This document shows positions 30,212 through 39,762 of a stretch of 64,000 bases of DNA, in pieces; position 1 is the stretch's first letter, and each line of letters begins with the position of its first letter. Below the pieces are notes generated by a model. It saw only the letters and a list, made by a program, of their open reading frames with translations, did no database searches and was not told where the DNA came from. A program made the position numbers and the translations under genes. This DNA is from Candidatus Latescibacterota bacterium (lineage in GTDB: Bacteria; Latescibacterota; UBA2968; UBA8231), in the NCBI GenBank assembly GCA_965248265.1, contig CBDFJF010000002.1, positions 2,720,001-2,784,000 on the forward strand, in the 5' to 3' direction.

Positions 30212-32314
30212 ATGAAGGCAGTGTTGAGCGACTACAACGCCGCTTGCTCGCTCGAGCCGCATCATCCATCACTGAACCACGGAATCTGGTCGGCAGAATT
30301 GGGTAAGGCCCGCCTTGCGGGGGGTGAGCTCTTCACATCTGATACGTCAACGGATGACCACCGCGGGGGGCGGGGGAGGTACTACCGTCGACGATTGACC
30401 CCCGAGGAGTTCGCCCAGGGTGCTGATCTGCGGGTCGAAGCGACATTTCGCGTACTGCAGAGCATCGGTAGCCCGGCAGCCACCTGTGTGGCCGTCACCA
30501 CGCCCGACGGCAGGACGTTTGGCGTCGGATTCCTCAAAGAACTCGTCTCGCCCGAACCCGATCAGGTCCTCTTTTTCGCTGACAGTGGCCAAGCGCTACA
30601 GGGCCATGGTGATTATCACTGGCCTGATTGGCTGCTCAATCCGGTGGTGCTGGGCAATTACGAGATGCCGCTCGACGTGACGCGGACCTACGTCCTGGAA
30701 CTCCTCCGGCTCGGCAGGGAAGCGAACCCGCTGGTTCGTCTTTCGATCCGGGACGCGGACCTCGAGCCCATGGAAACACCTCTGATGGAAACACCTCTGG
30801 TTGACCTCAGGAGTCGACCTGCTTTGCCGGGGGTCCTGTTCGGCCATCCGGTGATTCACGGGTACGGCGGCGCCGTCTGGCAGCGGTTGACGATCTTCAC
30901 CACGACCACCGACTCGATTGGTGTGGCCGACACGGTTCGTCATATCGGTCAACGGCGGCAGCTGTTTCTGGATGATTGGATCGTTGAGGAATCCCAAAGA
31001 CTCGAGCGTCGACTGGGGCAGCCGGTCAAGCATCCAGGAAATCCGGTTCTCAAGCGTGAGCATCCGTGGGAGGCGGTGCAATGCGATCTGTACGGCAGCG
31101 CATTGTGGGACCCGCAGATGAAGAAGCTTCGCCTCTATTACGAGACAAGAGGCAATCCCAATGGCGGAGACGACAAGCTCGCCTACGCCGAGTCAACCGA
31201 CGGCGGCTGCACGTGGGTCAAGCCGGAGCTCGCCTTGTTTCCCTTCGAGGACCATGAGCGAACGAACCTCGTCTGGCTTCCGATGGGCCGTGCGCTGGCT
31301 GGGCCGAGCGTGTTCTGTGATGAGGACGACACCGATCCGGTACGAAGGTACAAATTGTTTGCCGGGGACTATGAGCACGACTCCGATCACGCGGAGGCGA
31401 AGGGGATCCATGTGGCGTTCTCACCGGACGGGATCCACTGGGAGGGCTCGAAGCTCAACCCGGTGACAACGTTTGTCAGCGACACTGGCCACTGTGCTTT
31501 CTGGGATCCGCAGATCAACAGGTACGTGGCCTATGTCCGAGCCAAGCTCGAGAATTGGCGGCGGTGTGTGGCTCGTATCGAAAGCGAGGATTTCGAGCAC
31601 TGGACGGAGCCGGAGATCTGCTTCCATCCGCCGGTGTACCAGTACTACAGCATGGGCGTGACTCCCTACCAAGGGATCTACATCGGTACGCCCTGGGTTG
31701 TCTGGGAGAAATCAAAGGATCGCACAGCCCATACGCCCGTGATTTCCCCCGGTCTGGCAGTGAGCCGTGACGGCTGGGATTGGCAGCAACTGTTTCTGGG
31801 TCAGGCGCTGCTTCCCACGGGCGAACCGCACAGTGGCGACAATCGGCAGATCCGCATGGCCAGTTCGCTGGTGGTACTGGAGGATCGCATCCTCCTGTTC
31901 TATGGGCAGAGCGACGACCCCCACGTCAAGGACATGGGAGTGGACATCGGCATGGCCACGCTGCGCCTGGATGGCTTTGTCAGCATGGCCGGCGGCAAAC
32001 GGCAGGGGCAGTTGTTGACAAGGCCTTTTGTCCTGGAAGGCCGGGAGCTTTTCGTCAACGCTGCCTGCGAACCGGGCGGAGATATTTCGATCGCAATGCT
32101 CGACGGAGACGGCAAGGTCCTGCCGGGCTTTGGGCATACCGAGTGCGTATCTATCGATGGTGACGGGATCAAACAGCGCGTGGTGTGGCAAGAGCAGGCG
32201 ACACTGAGTCCATTCTGCCACCAGGTCGTACGCCTGGAGTTTCGCATCAACCAGGCCAGGCTCTACTCATTCTGGTGCCAGGACTCCTCTGGCACTGCGC
32301 AATCCAGCGGGTAG
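30212..32314 (+). CDS. Five-bladed beta-propeller glycosidase-like protein with N-terminal extra domain
   Basis: RQLFLDD, PVKHPGNPVL, YAESTDG..W.KP, SPDGIHW, LRLDGFVS. Confidence 0.7.
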   Translation: MKAVLSDYNAACSLEPHHPSLNHGIWSAELGKARLAGGELFTSDTSTDDHRGGRGRYYRRRLTPEEFAQGADLRVEATFRVLQSIGSPAATCVAVTTPDGRTFGVGFLKELVSPEPDQVLFFADSGQALQGHGDYHWPDWLLNPVVLGNYEMPLDVTRTYVLELLRLGREANPLVRLSIRDADLEPMETPLMETPLVDLRSRPALPGVLFGHPVIHGYGGAVWQRLTIFTTTTDSIGVADTVRHIGQRRQLFLDDWIVEESQRLERRLGQPVKHPGNPVLKREHPWEAVQCDLYGSALWDPQMKKLRLYYETRGNPNGGDDKLAYAESTDGGCTWVKPELALFPFEDHERTNLVWLPMGRALAGPSVFCDEDDTDPVRRYKLFAGDYEHDSDHAEAKGIHVAFSPDGIHWEGSKLNPVTTFVSDTGHCAFWDPQINRYVAYVRAKLENWRRCVARIESEDFEHWTEPEICFHPPVYQYYSMGVTPYQGIYIGTPWVVWEKSKDRTAHTPVISPGLAVSRDGWDWQQLFLGQALLPTGEPHSGDNRQIRMASSLVVLEDRILLFYGQSDDPHVKDMGVDIGMATLRLDGFVSMAGGKRQGQLLTRPFVLEGRELFVNAACEPGGDISIAMLDGDGKVLPGFGHTECVSIDGDGIKQRVVWQEQATLSPFCHQVVRLEFRINQARLYSFWCQDSSGTAQSSG

Positions 32315-32330
32315 CTCGTCCTGTGGGAGA

Positions 32331-33515
32331 TCATATTACCCTGATGGTCCTGGCCTCGATCTGCTCCCAATCGATCTCTCGCCCCAACCCCGGTGTTTGG
32401 GGAACATACATGTACCCGTCGCGTACTTCGGACGTCTCTTTGATCAATTCCGAGGCAGCCAGACTCAGCGGACGCCGTGGCATGTTGTCCCCTCGCTGGA
32501 ACGCCTCTCTGGCGTGATGCTCGTACCAGTCGTCATTGCGAATGGCGGCGAGCACCTGAGCATGTCCACCGTGCGTGTTCTTCCCGAACATTTCCGCCAG
32601 GTTGGCCAGCTTCATCTGACCCGTGATTCCCATCGCCTGGTTGCGGACGATGTCGACGACATTGTTCTGCAGGTACGGCGTGGCGAGGTAGGGGAGACCT
32701 TCAACCGATTCCAATGCCAGCACCGGCAGGTCGATGGCATCAGACAGGCGCTTGAGCCCGATCATGTCGAATTCCTGTAGCGGTTCTTCGATCCAGAGAT
32801 AGTCGAGCTCCCACAGTCTGCGCCCCACTTTGATTGCATCATCCACGGTGTACTGTTGGACCGGATCGTGCATCAGGACCATTTCATCGCCCACCAGGTC
32901 CCTCAGGTCCGTCGCCAGCGCAAGGTTCGCCTCGACTCCCAGCATCGAGTGATCCTTGAATCCCTTGTAGCCCAGATCCATTGCGCGTTGGGCCACCTCG
33001 AGCGCTTCCTGGTGACTACAACTGGCCTCTGTCAGGTACGCCGGCACGCGATCCCTGAAGCCGCCAAGCAGTTTGTGGACAGGCAGTTTGGCCTTGAGAC
33101 CGGCCAGGTCCCACAGGAGCTCATCGATTGTTGCCAACGGTGCCACCGATGACATGTGGTAGTAGCGCCGAGCCATCCACATCTTGTGCCACATGTACTC
33201 CCGATCGAGCGCGTTCGCGCCCACGAACTCGGGCTCCCACTGCAGCTTGAAGGTCTGCGCCTCCCACTCGACCTGCTCTCGACTGAAGCCGGAGCCGAAA
33301 ACCGCGCACGTCTCGATGTTCTCATTCGTCCGAATCCGGAACACACGGGTATAGGAAGGTCGGGCGCTAAGCTTGATTCCTTCACCCTCGAACGGCTTGT
33401 GGCCGAAGCGAACCGTGGGCGTACCGGGATACTCGATCATTGTCCGGTACGGCTGCCACTGCGGCACGACAAGATCACCCTCGAGGATGAGAAAGTCTAT
33501 GGCTTCAATTTTCAT
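32331..33515 (-). CDS. Mandelate racemase/muconate lactonizing enzyme (enolase superfamily)
   Basis: LWDLAG..A.LPVHKLLGG, GFKDH, MHDP, WIEEP, ALES, PGLG. Confidence 0.9.
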   Translation of the reverse strand: MKIEAIDFLILEGDLVVPQWQPYRTMIEYPGTPTVRFGHKPFEGEGIKLSARPSYTRVFRIRTNENIETCAVFGSGFSREQVEWEAQTFKLQWEPEFVGANALDREYMWHKMWMARRYYHMSSVAPLATIDELLWDLAGLKAKLPVHKLLGGFRDRVPAYLTEASCSHQEALEVAQRAMDLGYKGFKDHSMLGVEANLALATDLRDLVGDEMVLMHDPVQQYTVDDAIKVGRRLWELDYLWIEEPLQEFDMIGLKRLSDAIDLPVLALESVEGLPYLATPYLQNNVVDIVRNQAMGITGQMKLANLAEMFGKNTHGGHAQVLAAIRNDDWYEHHAREAFQRGDNMPRRPLSLAASELIKETSEVRDGYMYVPQTPGLGREIDWEQIEARTIRVI

Positions 33516-33662
33516 TTCCCCAACTTACTCCGGCTTCGCCCCTGATGCGAACGGCGTCCACATCGTAGGCGCATTGATCGCAATTGACTACAATTGCCTG
33601 TGAGCTGACAATCCCATGAAAATCCCTACGAAACACGCACCGCTGACTGCCAATTGATTGAA

Positions 33663-35438
33663 ATGTCCGACTCCGAACACACGCAGCCCAGCCACATCGG
33701 GGTGGTGGGCCTCACCGCCGAGCAGAGGCAGAAGTATGCTCGCGACGGGTGGGTTGTCGTGCCCTCACTCTTCACGGCCGACGAGTGCGACGGGCTCATC
33801 CGACACATGGACGCCGTGCACGCGGGTGAGATCACCGTCGAGGGATTTGTCCCGCCGGCGGAAGGCGCCGACCATCTCATCGACGCAGACCAGTGCCACA
33901 TCCACGATCCCGAATGCCGCGCTTTCATGCTACACCCGAAGCTCCGCGGACCGCTCAGGGACGCTCTGGGCGGGAACGAGCCCGAGGGCATCAAGAGCCA
34001 CTACTGGTGGAAGGGCAGCCAGTGGTCGCAGAAATGGCATTGTGACGGAACCCCGCTGCCGGGCTGCATCGGTGTGTGGATTCCGCTCGTGGACGTGGAC
34101 GAGGAGATTGGCACTCTCGGGCTGCAGACAGGCGGCCACCTCCGCCGCAAGCTTCACCACGACGACCTCCGGCACGGAAAGTGGGCGGGCATTCGTACCC
34201 ACGGTGGCGACCCGGAGCTGGGCAAAAGGCTGCGGAAGGAAATCTTCGAGGAGAACGAGACGGCAGGGGCGGAAGAAGTGCACATAGTCGTTGAGAGGGG
34301 AGCCGCCGTGATCTTCGACGGCCATTTGTGGCACCGGGGGTTGATGGGGCGCGATCCGACCGTTTTTCGCCAGGTCTACGCGTGCCACTATGTCTCCAGC
34401 AGCTTCGCGGAGTGGCCACACGTGTTGTGGGAGCGCGTCGATTTCGATGGAACCACACGCTGGTCCACCGGCGACGAGCCGACGCCGGCTGCTCGGCACA
34501 ACGCGCGACTGTCGCGGCACCCGGCCATGGAGTTCAGCAGCTCGAGCAAGCACCCATCGCTCTTGCCGACGCGCAAGGATGCTCCTCTCCAGATCCTCGG
34601 CAAGAATCAGGCGGACGATATGGATTTTCAGGGGTTCACTGTGGTCGAGGATGCCTTCAGCGCTGCGGAGATCGGGCCGCTTCGGGATGAAATCGATCGG
34701 CTCGAGCACGAGAGTGTGCTGCGCCTCGAAGCCCAGGGGCAGCCGCCGCCGTCGCGTCCCATTGCGAGCGCTGATCAGATCACCTTTACGAGTGGCCTGG
34801 CCCAGCAGTCGGCGCTTGTGCGCTCATTCTGCGCCAGCCCGTTCTTCCAGAAGGTTTGCCACGACGTGCTCAACTGCGACGATGTGCGACTGTACCACGA
34901 GCAGGCGGTGTACAAGAAGCCCTGCCCCGGCCGGGTCTTCCCCTACCATCAGGACAATGGCTATACCTACATCGAACCCCTGCAATACCTGACGTGCTGG
35001 GTTGCGCTCAACGATGCAACCGAGGAAAATGGCTGCCCGTGGTTTGTGCCGGGGCTCTTCCGGCGAGGGCCACTGCTGCACGAGTTTGATGAGAGCAACG
35101 GTGGCTGGACGATCAGCGGCCTTCGGTCCGACGATGCCGTCTGTGTTCCGGTCGTGGCGGGCTCGGTGGCGATCTTCTGGAGCCTGACGCCGCACATGAC
35201 AGGGGCCAACAACACCGATAGCGTTCGCAAAACCTACATCTGTCAGTATGCTCCTGATGGGTACGATAACAGAATTTGGGACAAAGATGAGAACGGTGGG
35301 CACGGCGGGCCCATGAAGGTGGACTCCGCCGAGAAGGCTGCTGCGAACGAGGCCAGGAACTTCCTGGTGTTGAAGGGGGCGAAGGGCGTGCCACCACCGT
35401 ATCCAGATCCAGCTCCTCATCCTCCGTCTCGCGCGTAG
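33663..35438 (+). CDS. Tandem two-domain PhyH family dioxygenase
   Basis: Domain 1 RDGWVV..WHCD..LWH; domain 2 QGFTVV..YHQDNGY..WVALND..FVPG..TPH. Confidence 0.8.
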   Translation: MSDSEHTQPSHIGVVGLTAEQRQKYARDGWVVVPSLFTADECDGLIRHMDAVHAGEITVEGFVPPAEGADHLIDADQCHIHDPECRAFMLHPKLRGPLRDALGGNEPEGIKSHYWWKGSQWSQKWHCDGTPLPGCIGVWIPLVDVDEEIGTLGLQTGGHLRRKLHHDDLRHGKWAGIRTHGGDPELGKRLRKEIFEENETAGAEEVHIVVERGAAVIFDGHLWHRGLMGRDPTVFRQVYACHYVSSSFAEWPHVLWERVDFDGTTRWSTGDEPTPAARHNARLSRHPAMEFSSSSKHPSLLPTRKDAPLQILGKNQADDMDFQGFTVVEDAFSAAEIGPLRDEIDRLEHESVLRLEAQGQPPPSRPIASADQITFTSGLAQQSALVRSFCASPFFQKVCHDVLNCDDVRLYHEQAVYKKPCPGRVFPYHQDNGYTYIEPLQYLTCWVALNDATEENGCPWFVPGLFRRGPLLHEFDESNGGWTISGLRSDDAVCVPVVAGSVAIFWSLTPHMTGANNTDSVRKTYICQYAPDGYDNRIWDKDENGGHGGPMKVDSAEKAAANEARNFLVLKGAKGVPPPYPDPAPHPPSRA

Positions 35439-35699
35439 GGCACAGTTGAAGCGGGCGATGGTTTCTGTGGCAACTGCCTATGCGTCGCGGATCGTGACAC
35501 CAGTCGCCAAGTCATCGTTCCCAGTCGTCGGCCGGAGATTGTCGTCTGCTACTGCCAGCCGTGGTATGCGATTCGCCAGAAGGTGCAGATCTCCGCGCGG
35601 CCTTTGACATGCGCATTCAGGACGAACAGAATCGCCAAGAGTGGGTCGAATTGGACAGGGTCAGGTTCATTTGTGAACTCGTAGCCGGGGGCTAACGGC

Positions 35700-37259
35700 A
35701 TGGCCAGGGTTAGCGACGTAAACACCACCGACATCGTCGACGCCATTCGCCTCGGCTGTCGTTCCATGCAACGGATGTTCAACGCCGACGACGGTGACAT
35801 ACCGTACTTCCGCGTCATCGTGCGTCCGGACGCCTATCTGGATATGAGTCTGGAGGACCACGTCCCCGGGCGCCATCTCAACGCGCTGCTCAACGCCGAG
35901 GACGACGCCGGCATAGAGATCGACGAGGAGGCCGTGGAGAAACACGCTCGCGCCGCCTTCTTCTCCTTCAGCGGTCCCCTCCCCCTCTGCCTTGGCCGCC
36001 GCGACTACCAGGGCGAGCCGGTGAAGTTCAGCGGCCACAACATCCGCGAGGGATTCCACGCCCTCTATCCACTGGTGCAGTACCGCCACTCGGAAGAGGC
36101 GCGCAAAGTAGCGGAAGCTTGCATCAATACCATCTTCAAATATTTCGACCCGGACCTTGGTTGCGACGTCAACCGGCTGGAGTCCGAATGCGGCATCGAG
36201 AGCGCCCGCGGGGGCACCTTCGTCACCCGCGTCGGCCGCGCCATCGGGCCGTTGGTGAAATATTTCCGGGCCTCTGGATACGGTCCAGCCCTCGACCTGG
36301 CGATCGTGCTCAAGGAGATCGCCATCGACAGGTTCTACAAGGCGGACGGGGCCTACGACGCCGAATCCTTCGGCACCCACGCCCACTCCGTCACCTGCAC
36401 CCTCTCGTCGCTGGCGCAACTGGCCGACCTCACCGGCGACTCGGTGCTGATGAATCACGTGAAAGCCTTTTTCGACAACGGCCTGTGGCAGATGCGTGAC
36501 CAGACCGGCTGGTCGGTAGAGAGCTCGCGACCCAGGCCTGAACGCTCGGACGAAGGGGAGATGAACAACACCGGCGACATCCTCGAGACCGCCCTCATTC
36601 TGGGCCGCTGGGGCCACACCGACTACTACCACGATGCCGAGCGCATCCTCCGCTGTCACCTGCTGCCGTCGCAACTGCGCGACGTCTCCTTCATAGAGGA
36701 ACCCGACAATCCCGACGGCCTGGATCGCCTCACCAATGTCGCCGACCGGGTGCGCGGCCTCTACGGTTTTCCCGCCCCCTACGGCCACGAGCCCATCGGC
36801 AACAACCGCATCCGCTTCAACACCGACGTGGTCGGCGGCTCGGTCGGCTCTCTATGCGAGGCCTGGCGCGAAGTTACCCGGACCGAAGCCACCGGCCACC
36901 GGGTCAACCTGCTCTTCGACCACGACACCGAAAACATCGAAATCCAGTCGCCCTACACTCATTCACACCTGCGCATACGGGTCAAGAAACCAGCGCCATT
37001 GTTCGTTCGCATTCCACCCTGGGTCGAGCGAAATCAGTTGAAGGTGAGCACTATCGCCGGCGACCTCACTTTCACAAACGACTACCTGTTCATCGCCCAT
37101 CCCCCCGTGAATCGCCCCATCGACATCGAGTTTCCACTCCGGGAAGAGGAGATCACCCTGGTCCATCAAGAGCGCGAGATCCGCACTCGACTACGCGGCG
37201 ACACCGTAGCGGCGATGGAGAATTTCGGTGCCGACTTAACCTTCTTCGACCCACTGTAG
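35700..37259 (+). CDS. GH127/(alpha/alpha)6-like glycoside hydrolase
   Basis: HVPGRHLNAL, HAHS, GEMNNTGD, AERILR, VRIPPW. Confidence 0.6.
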   Translation: MARVSDVNTTDIVDAIRLGCRSMQRMFNADDGDIPYFRVIVRPDAYLDMSLEDHVPGRHLNALLNAEDDAGIEIDEEAVEKHARAAFFSFSGPLPLCLGRRDYQGEPVKFSGHNIREGFHALYPLVQYRHSEEARKVAEACINTIFKYFDPDLGCDVNRLESECGIESARGGTFVTRVGRAIGPLVKYFRASGYGPALDLAIVLKEIAIDRFYKADGAYDAESFGTHAHSVTCTLSSLAQLADLTGDSVLMNHVKAFFDNGLWQMRDQTGWSVESSRPRPERSDEGEMNNTGDILETALILGRWGHTDYYHDAERILRCHLLPSQLRDVSFIEEPDNPDGLDRLTNVADRVRGLYGFPAPYGHEPIGNNRIRFNTDVVGGSVGSLCEAWREVTRTEATGHRVNLLFDHDTENIEIQSPYTHSHLRIRVKKPAPLFVRIPPWVERNQLKVSTIAGDLTFTNDYLFIAHPPVNRPIDIEFPLREEEITLVHQEREIRTRLRGDTVAAMENFGADLTFFDPL

Positions 37260-37599
37260 ACGACAGCACGGTTGTCTTGAAGCTGAAGTTGGCAGTTGGG
37301 TCTCATCCCAGTGGTCGGCGCATAGTGAGAGTGGTGTGTGCGGGGTGATGGTGTCGATGTTGATGAAACTGCCGAGATCAAAGTTGCCCGGGTGTCAGAT
37401 CCGTTCAGGGCATGGCATGCCGCGCATGATCTATAGCTTCAATTTTCGCTGGCCCGCCGCTATTCGAGAGTCACGCTGCTTGCGGCGGTTGCCTCGAGGT
37501 GTTCCCGTCGGAGCCCCGGGCCGTTCACTCCTCGCGAGACGCGCATAGCATCACATCTAAGCGGGACCAAGAGTCGCCCTGGCAGGTCATTGAGGACTG

Positions 37600-37628
37600 T
37601 TGACTTATTAAATTTAATTAGGTATTAT
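37600..37628 (+). promoter_or_regulatory. Sigma70 promoter of TA operon with palindromic operator
   Basis: TTGACT-N17-TATTAT; spacer contains TTAAATTTAA palindrome. Confidence 0.8.
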
Positions 37629-37636
37629 TATTAATA

Positions 37637-37909
37637 ATGTGGCGTATTCTTGAACATCATGGAATCGGCCGGTCCTCCCGAAAGCTCCCACCGCAGGTGC
37701 TCAAAAAATACGAGCTGTGGAAGGACATCGTGTTCCGCCACAGCCCCGGCAAGCTCCGCGAGTTTCCCGGGTTTCACGATGAGGCACTGAAGGGCGACCG
37801 AACCGGTCAGCGGTCTTCCCGGTTAAGCCTGCAATATCGAGTGATATATGCCGTTGAGCGTGCGGTCGTGACAGTCTATGTACTGGAGATCATTCCTCAT
37901 GATTACTGA
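37637..37909 (+). CDS. higB: RelE/HigB-family mRNA interferase toxin
   Basis: GFHDEALKGDRTGQRSSRLSLQYRVIY...PHDY; toxin-first order. Confidence 0.85.
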   Translation: MWRILEHHGIGRSSRKLPPQVLKKYELWKDIVFRHSPGKLREFPGFHDEALKGDRTGQRSSRLSLQYRVIYAVERAVVTVYVLEIIPHDY

Positions 37910-37923
37910 TCTGGAGGTTAGTC

Positions 37924-38193
37924 ATGGCTAAGGACACATTCACCCCGGCGAAGAAGCGTGCGACACTCACCACAGGCGAGGTGATTCGTATGTTGCGTGA
38001 GTTGAAGGGGTGGACTCAGGAAGAACTGGCGCGCAGGTCGGGTGTGAACGCCAAGAACATCAGTCTGCTCGAGAACGATCGGGTAGACATCGGCAAGCGT
38101 CGGACCGAGCAACTTGCCAGGGCGTTCAAGGTGCACCCCGCGATCATCATGTTTCCTGAATACGAAGCGGAGCTGATAAGCAAGGCCGCTTAG
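37924..38193 (+). CDS. higA: Xre HTH antitoxin (HigA-like)
   Basis: LRELKGWTQEELARRSGV....ISLLEN; GGAGG RBS; follows toxin. Confidence 0.85.
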   Translation: MAKDTFTPAKKRATLTTGEVIRMLRELKGWTQEELARRSGVNAKNISLLENDRVDIGKRRTEQLARAFKVHPAIIMFPEYEAELISKAA

Positions 38194-38232
38194 AACATCC
38201 CTGTGACCACAGTTGCCTGCGAGCCAACACCA

Positions 38233-39402
38233 ATGAAAATCGAATCGATCGACTTCCAAATCCTGGAAAGCGACCCCGTTGAACCGGAGTGGCGTCCACT
38301 GCGGACGATGCGGGAGTATCCGGGGTCAACGAAGGTGCGGTTCGGGCATCGGCTGTACAGCGGGGACGGGATTCGCCTGGAGCCCAGGCCGGCCTACTCG
38401 TGTATGCTGCGGATCCGCACCGATACGAATCTCGAGACCATCGGATCCTTCTCCCACGGCTGGGGAAAAGAGGATCTTGAGTGGGGGGCGCGCACCTTCA
38501 AGGTCCAGTGGGAGCCGGAACTGGTCGGGCAGGATGCACTCAATCGCGAGTACGTGTGGCACAAAATGTGGATTGCCCGTCGGTACTTTCATATGACATC
38601 GACAGGTCCTCTCGCTTTGATCGACACGCTTTTGTGGGATCTGGCGGGGCTCCACGCCAACTTGCCTGTCCACAAGCTACTCGGTGGATTTCGTGATCGG
38701 GTCCCGGCCTATCTCACCGAGACGGGCATTCCTTACGAAGACACGCTGAAGTCGGCCCAACGGGCAGTGGACGAGGGGTACAAGGGGTTCAAAGACCACT
38801 CGATGTTGGGCGTCGAAACCAATCTCGCCCTCGCCAAGGATATTCGCGATCTGGTCGGCGACGAGATGGCTTTAATGCACGATCCTGTCCAGCAATACAG
38901 CGTTGAAGATGCCATCAAGGTATCACGGGGGTTGGAAGAGCTGGGTTACATATGGATCGAAGAGCCCCTGCAGGAGTTCGACATCAACGGGCTCAAGCGT
39001 CTTGCGGACGCGGTCGAGCTACCGGTGATGGCACTCGAATCGATACAGGGCAATCCCTACCTGGCCACGCCCTATCTCGTGGCTGGGGCGATCGATATCG
39101 TGCGCAATACCGGGCTCGGGATCACCGGAAAGATGAAGCTTTCAAATCTTGCAGAGATGTTCGGGCTGAATGTCCACGGTGGAGGGGCGCAGGTTGTGGC
39201 TGCGACTCGAAACGACGACTGGTGGGAAGTGGGGGCGTGGAAACCGCACGTCGCTGACCGGTCAATTTCGGCGGCATTTGCCGGCCTGATTCGGGACACC
39301 ACACAGGTCAGGGACGGCTATATGTACGTGCCACAGACGCCCGGGTTGGGACGAGAGATAGACTGGGAGCAGATTGAGGCCAGGACCATCATGACGATAT
39401 GA
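38233..39402 (+). CDS. Mandelate racemase/MLE family protein, paralogue of 32331-33515
   Basis: Same motifs; long identical peptides such as GYKGFKDHSMLGVE and VRDGYMYVPQTPGLGREIDWEQIEARTI. Confidence 0.9.
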   Translation: MKIESIDFQILESDPVEPEWRPLRTMREYPGSTKVRFGHRLYSGDGIRLEPRPAYSCMLRIRTDTNLETIGSFSHGWGKEDLEWGARTFKVQWEPELVGQDALNREYVWHKMWIARRYFHMTSTGPLALIDTLLWDLAGLHANLPVHKLLGGFRDRVPAYLTETGIPYEDTLKSAQRAVDEGYKGFKDHSMLGVETNLALAKDIRDLVGDEMALMHDPVQQYSVEDAIKVSRGLEELGYIWIEEPLQEFDINGLKRLADAVELPVMALESIQGNPYLATPYLVAGAIDIVRNTGLGITGKMKLSNLAEMFGLNVHGGGAQVVAATRNDDWWEVGAWKPHVADRSISAAFAGLIRDTTQVRDGYMYVPQTPGLGREIDWEQIEARTIMTI

Positions 39403-39490
39403 AATCTACAGTTCCTCAACCCCCACGAACCTGCCCGTGCCACGACTGCTGACAGCTGCCTCTACCAACGCAAGAGTGTGAATCGCATCA

Positions 39491-39735
39491 GCATAGTGAG
39501 GATAAACAGCCTAAAGAGATCGGTAGTCAGTCAAGCGGTTTTGGGCTTTTCGATTGCGTTGAGGGCCGTGCTTTTGCGTTGATCGTGGTGCGGTGAACGA
39601 TGGGGCAGCGGATAGGGTGCCCGGACCAGCGCTTGCGGGCGCAGCGGCAGCTGTCAGCGAGAGATGGGGACGCAGCGCTGTCTGGGGTGGGGCTCAGGCG
39701 GCAAAGTCGAACTCGTGTTGGGGATCGGGCCGTGC
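39491..39735 (-). mobile_element. IS91 family-A oriIS mini-element
   Basis: Near-identical to 48302-48542; encodes ARPDPQHEFDFAA*; ends GTTTATCCTCACTATGC. Confidence 0.85.
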
Positions 39736-39762
39736 GCGTGACGGCACCGCCCGAGCAGTGCT

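Noticed and set aside
37319-37340. Additional ori end at CGCATAGTGAGAG (similar short hits at 4150, 29401)
   Set aside because: Match stops after ~11 nt and lacks the ATAA...TTAT hairpin.
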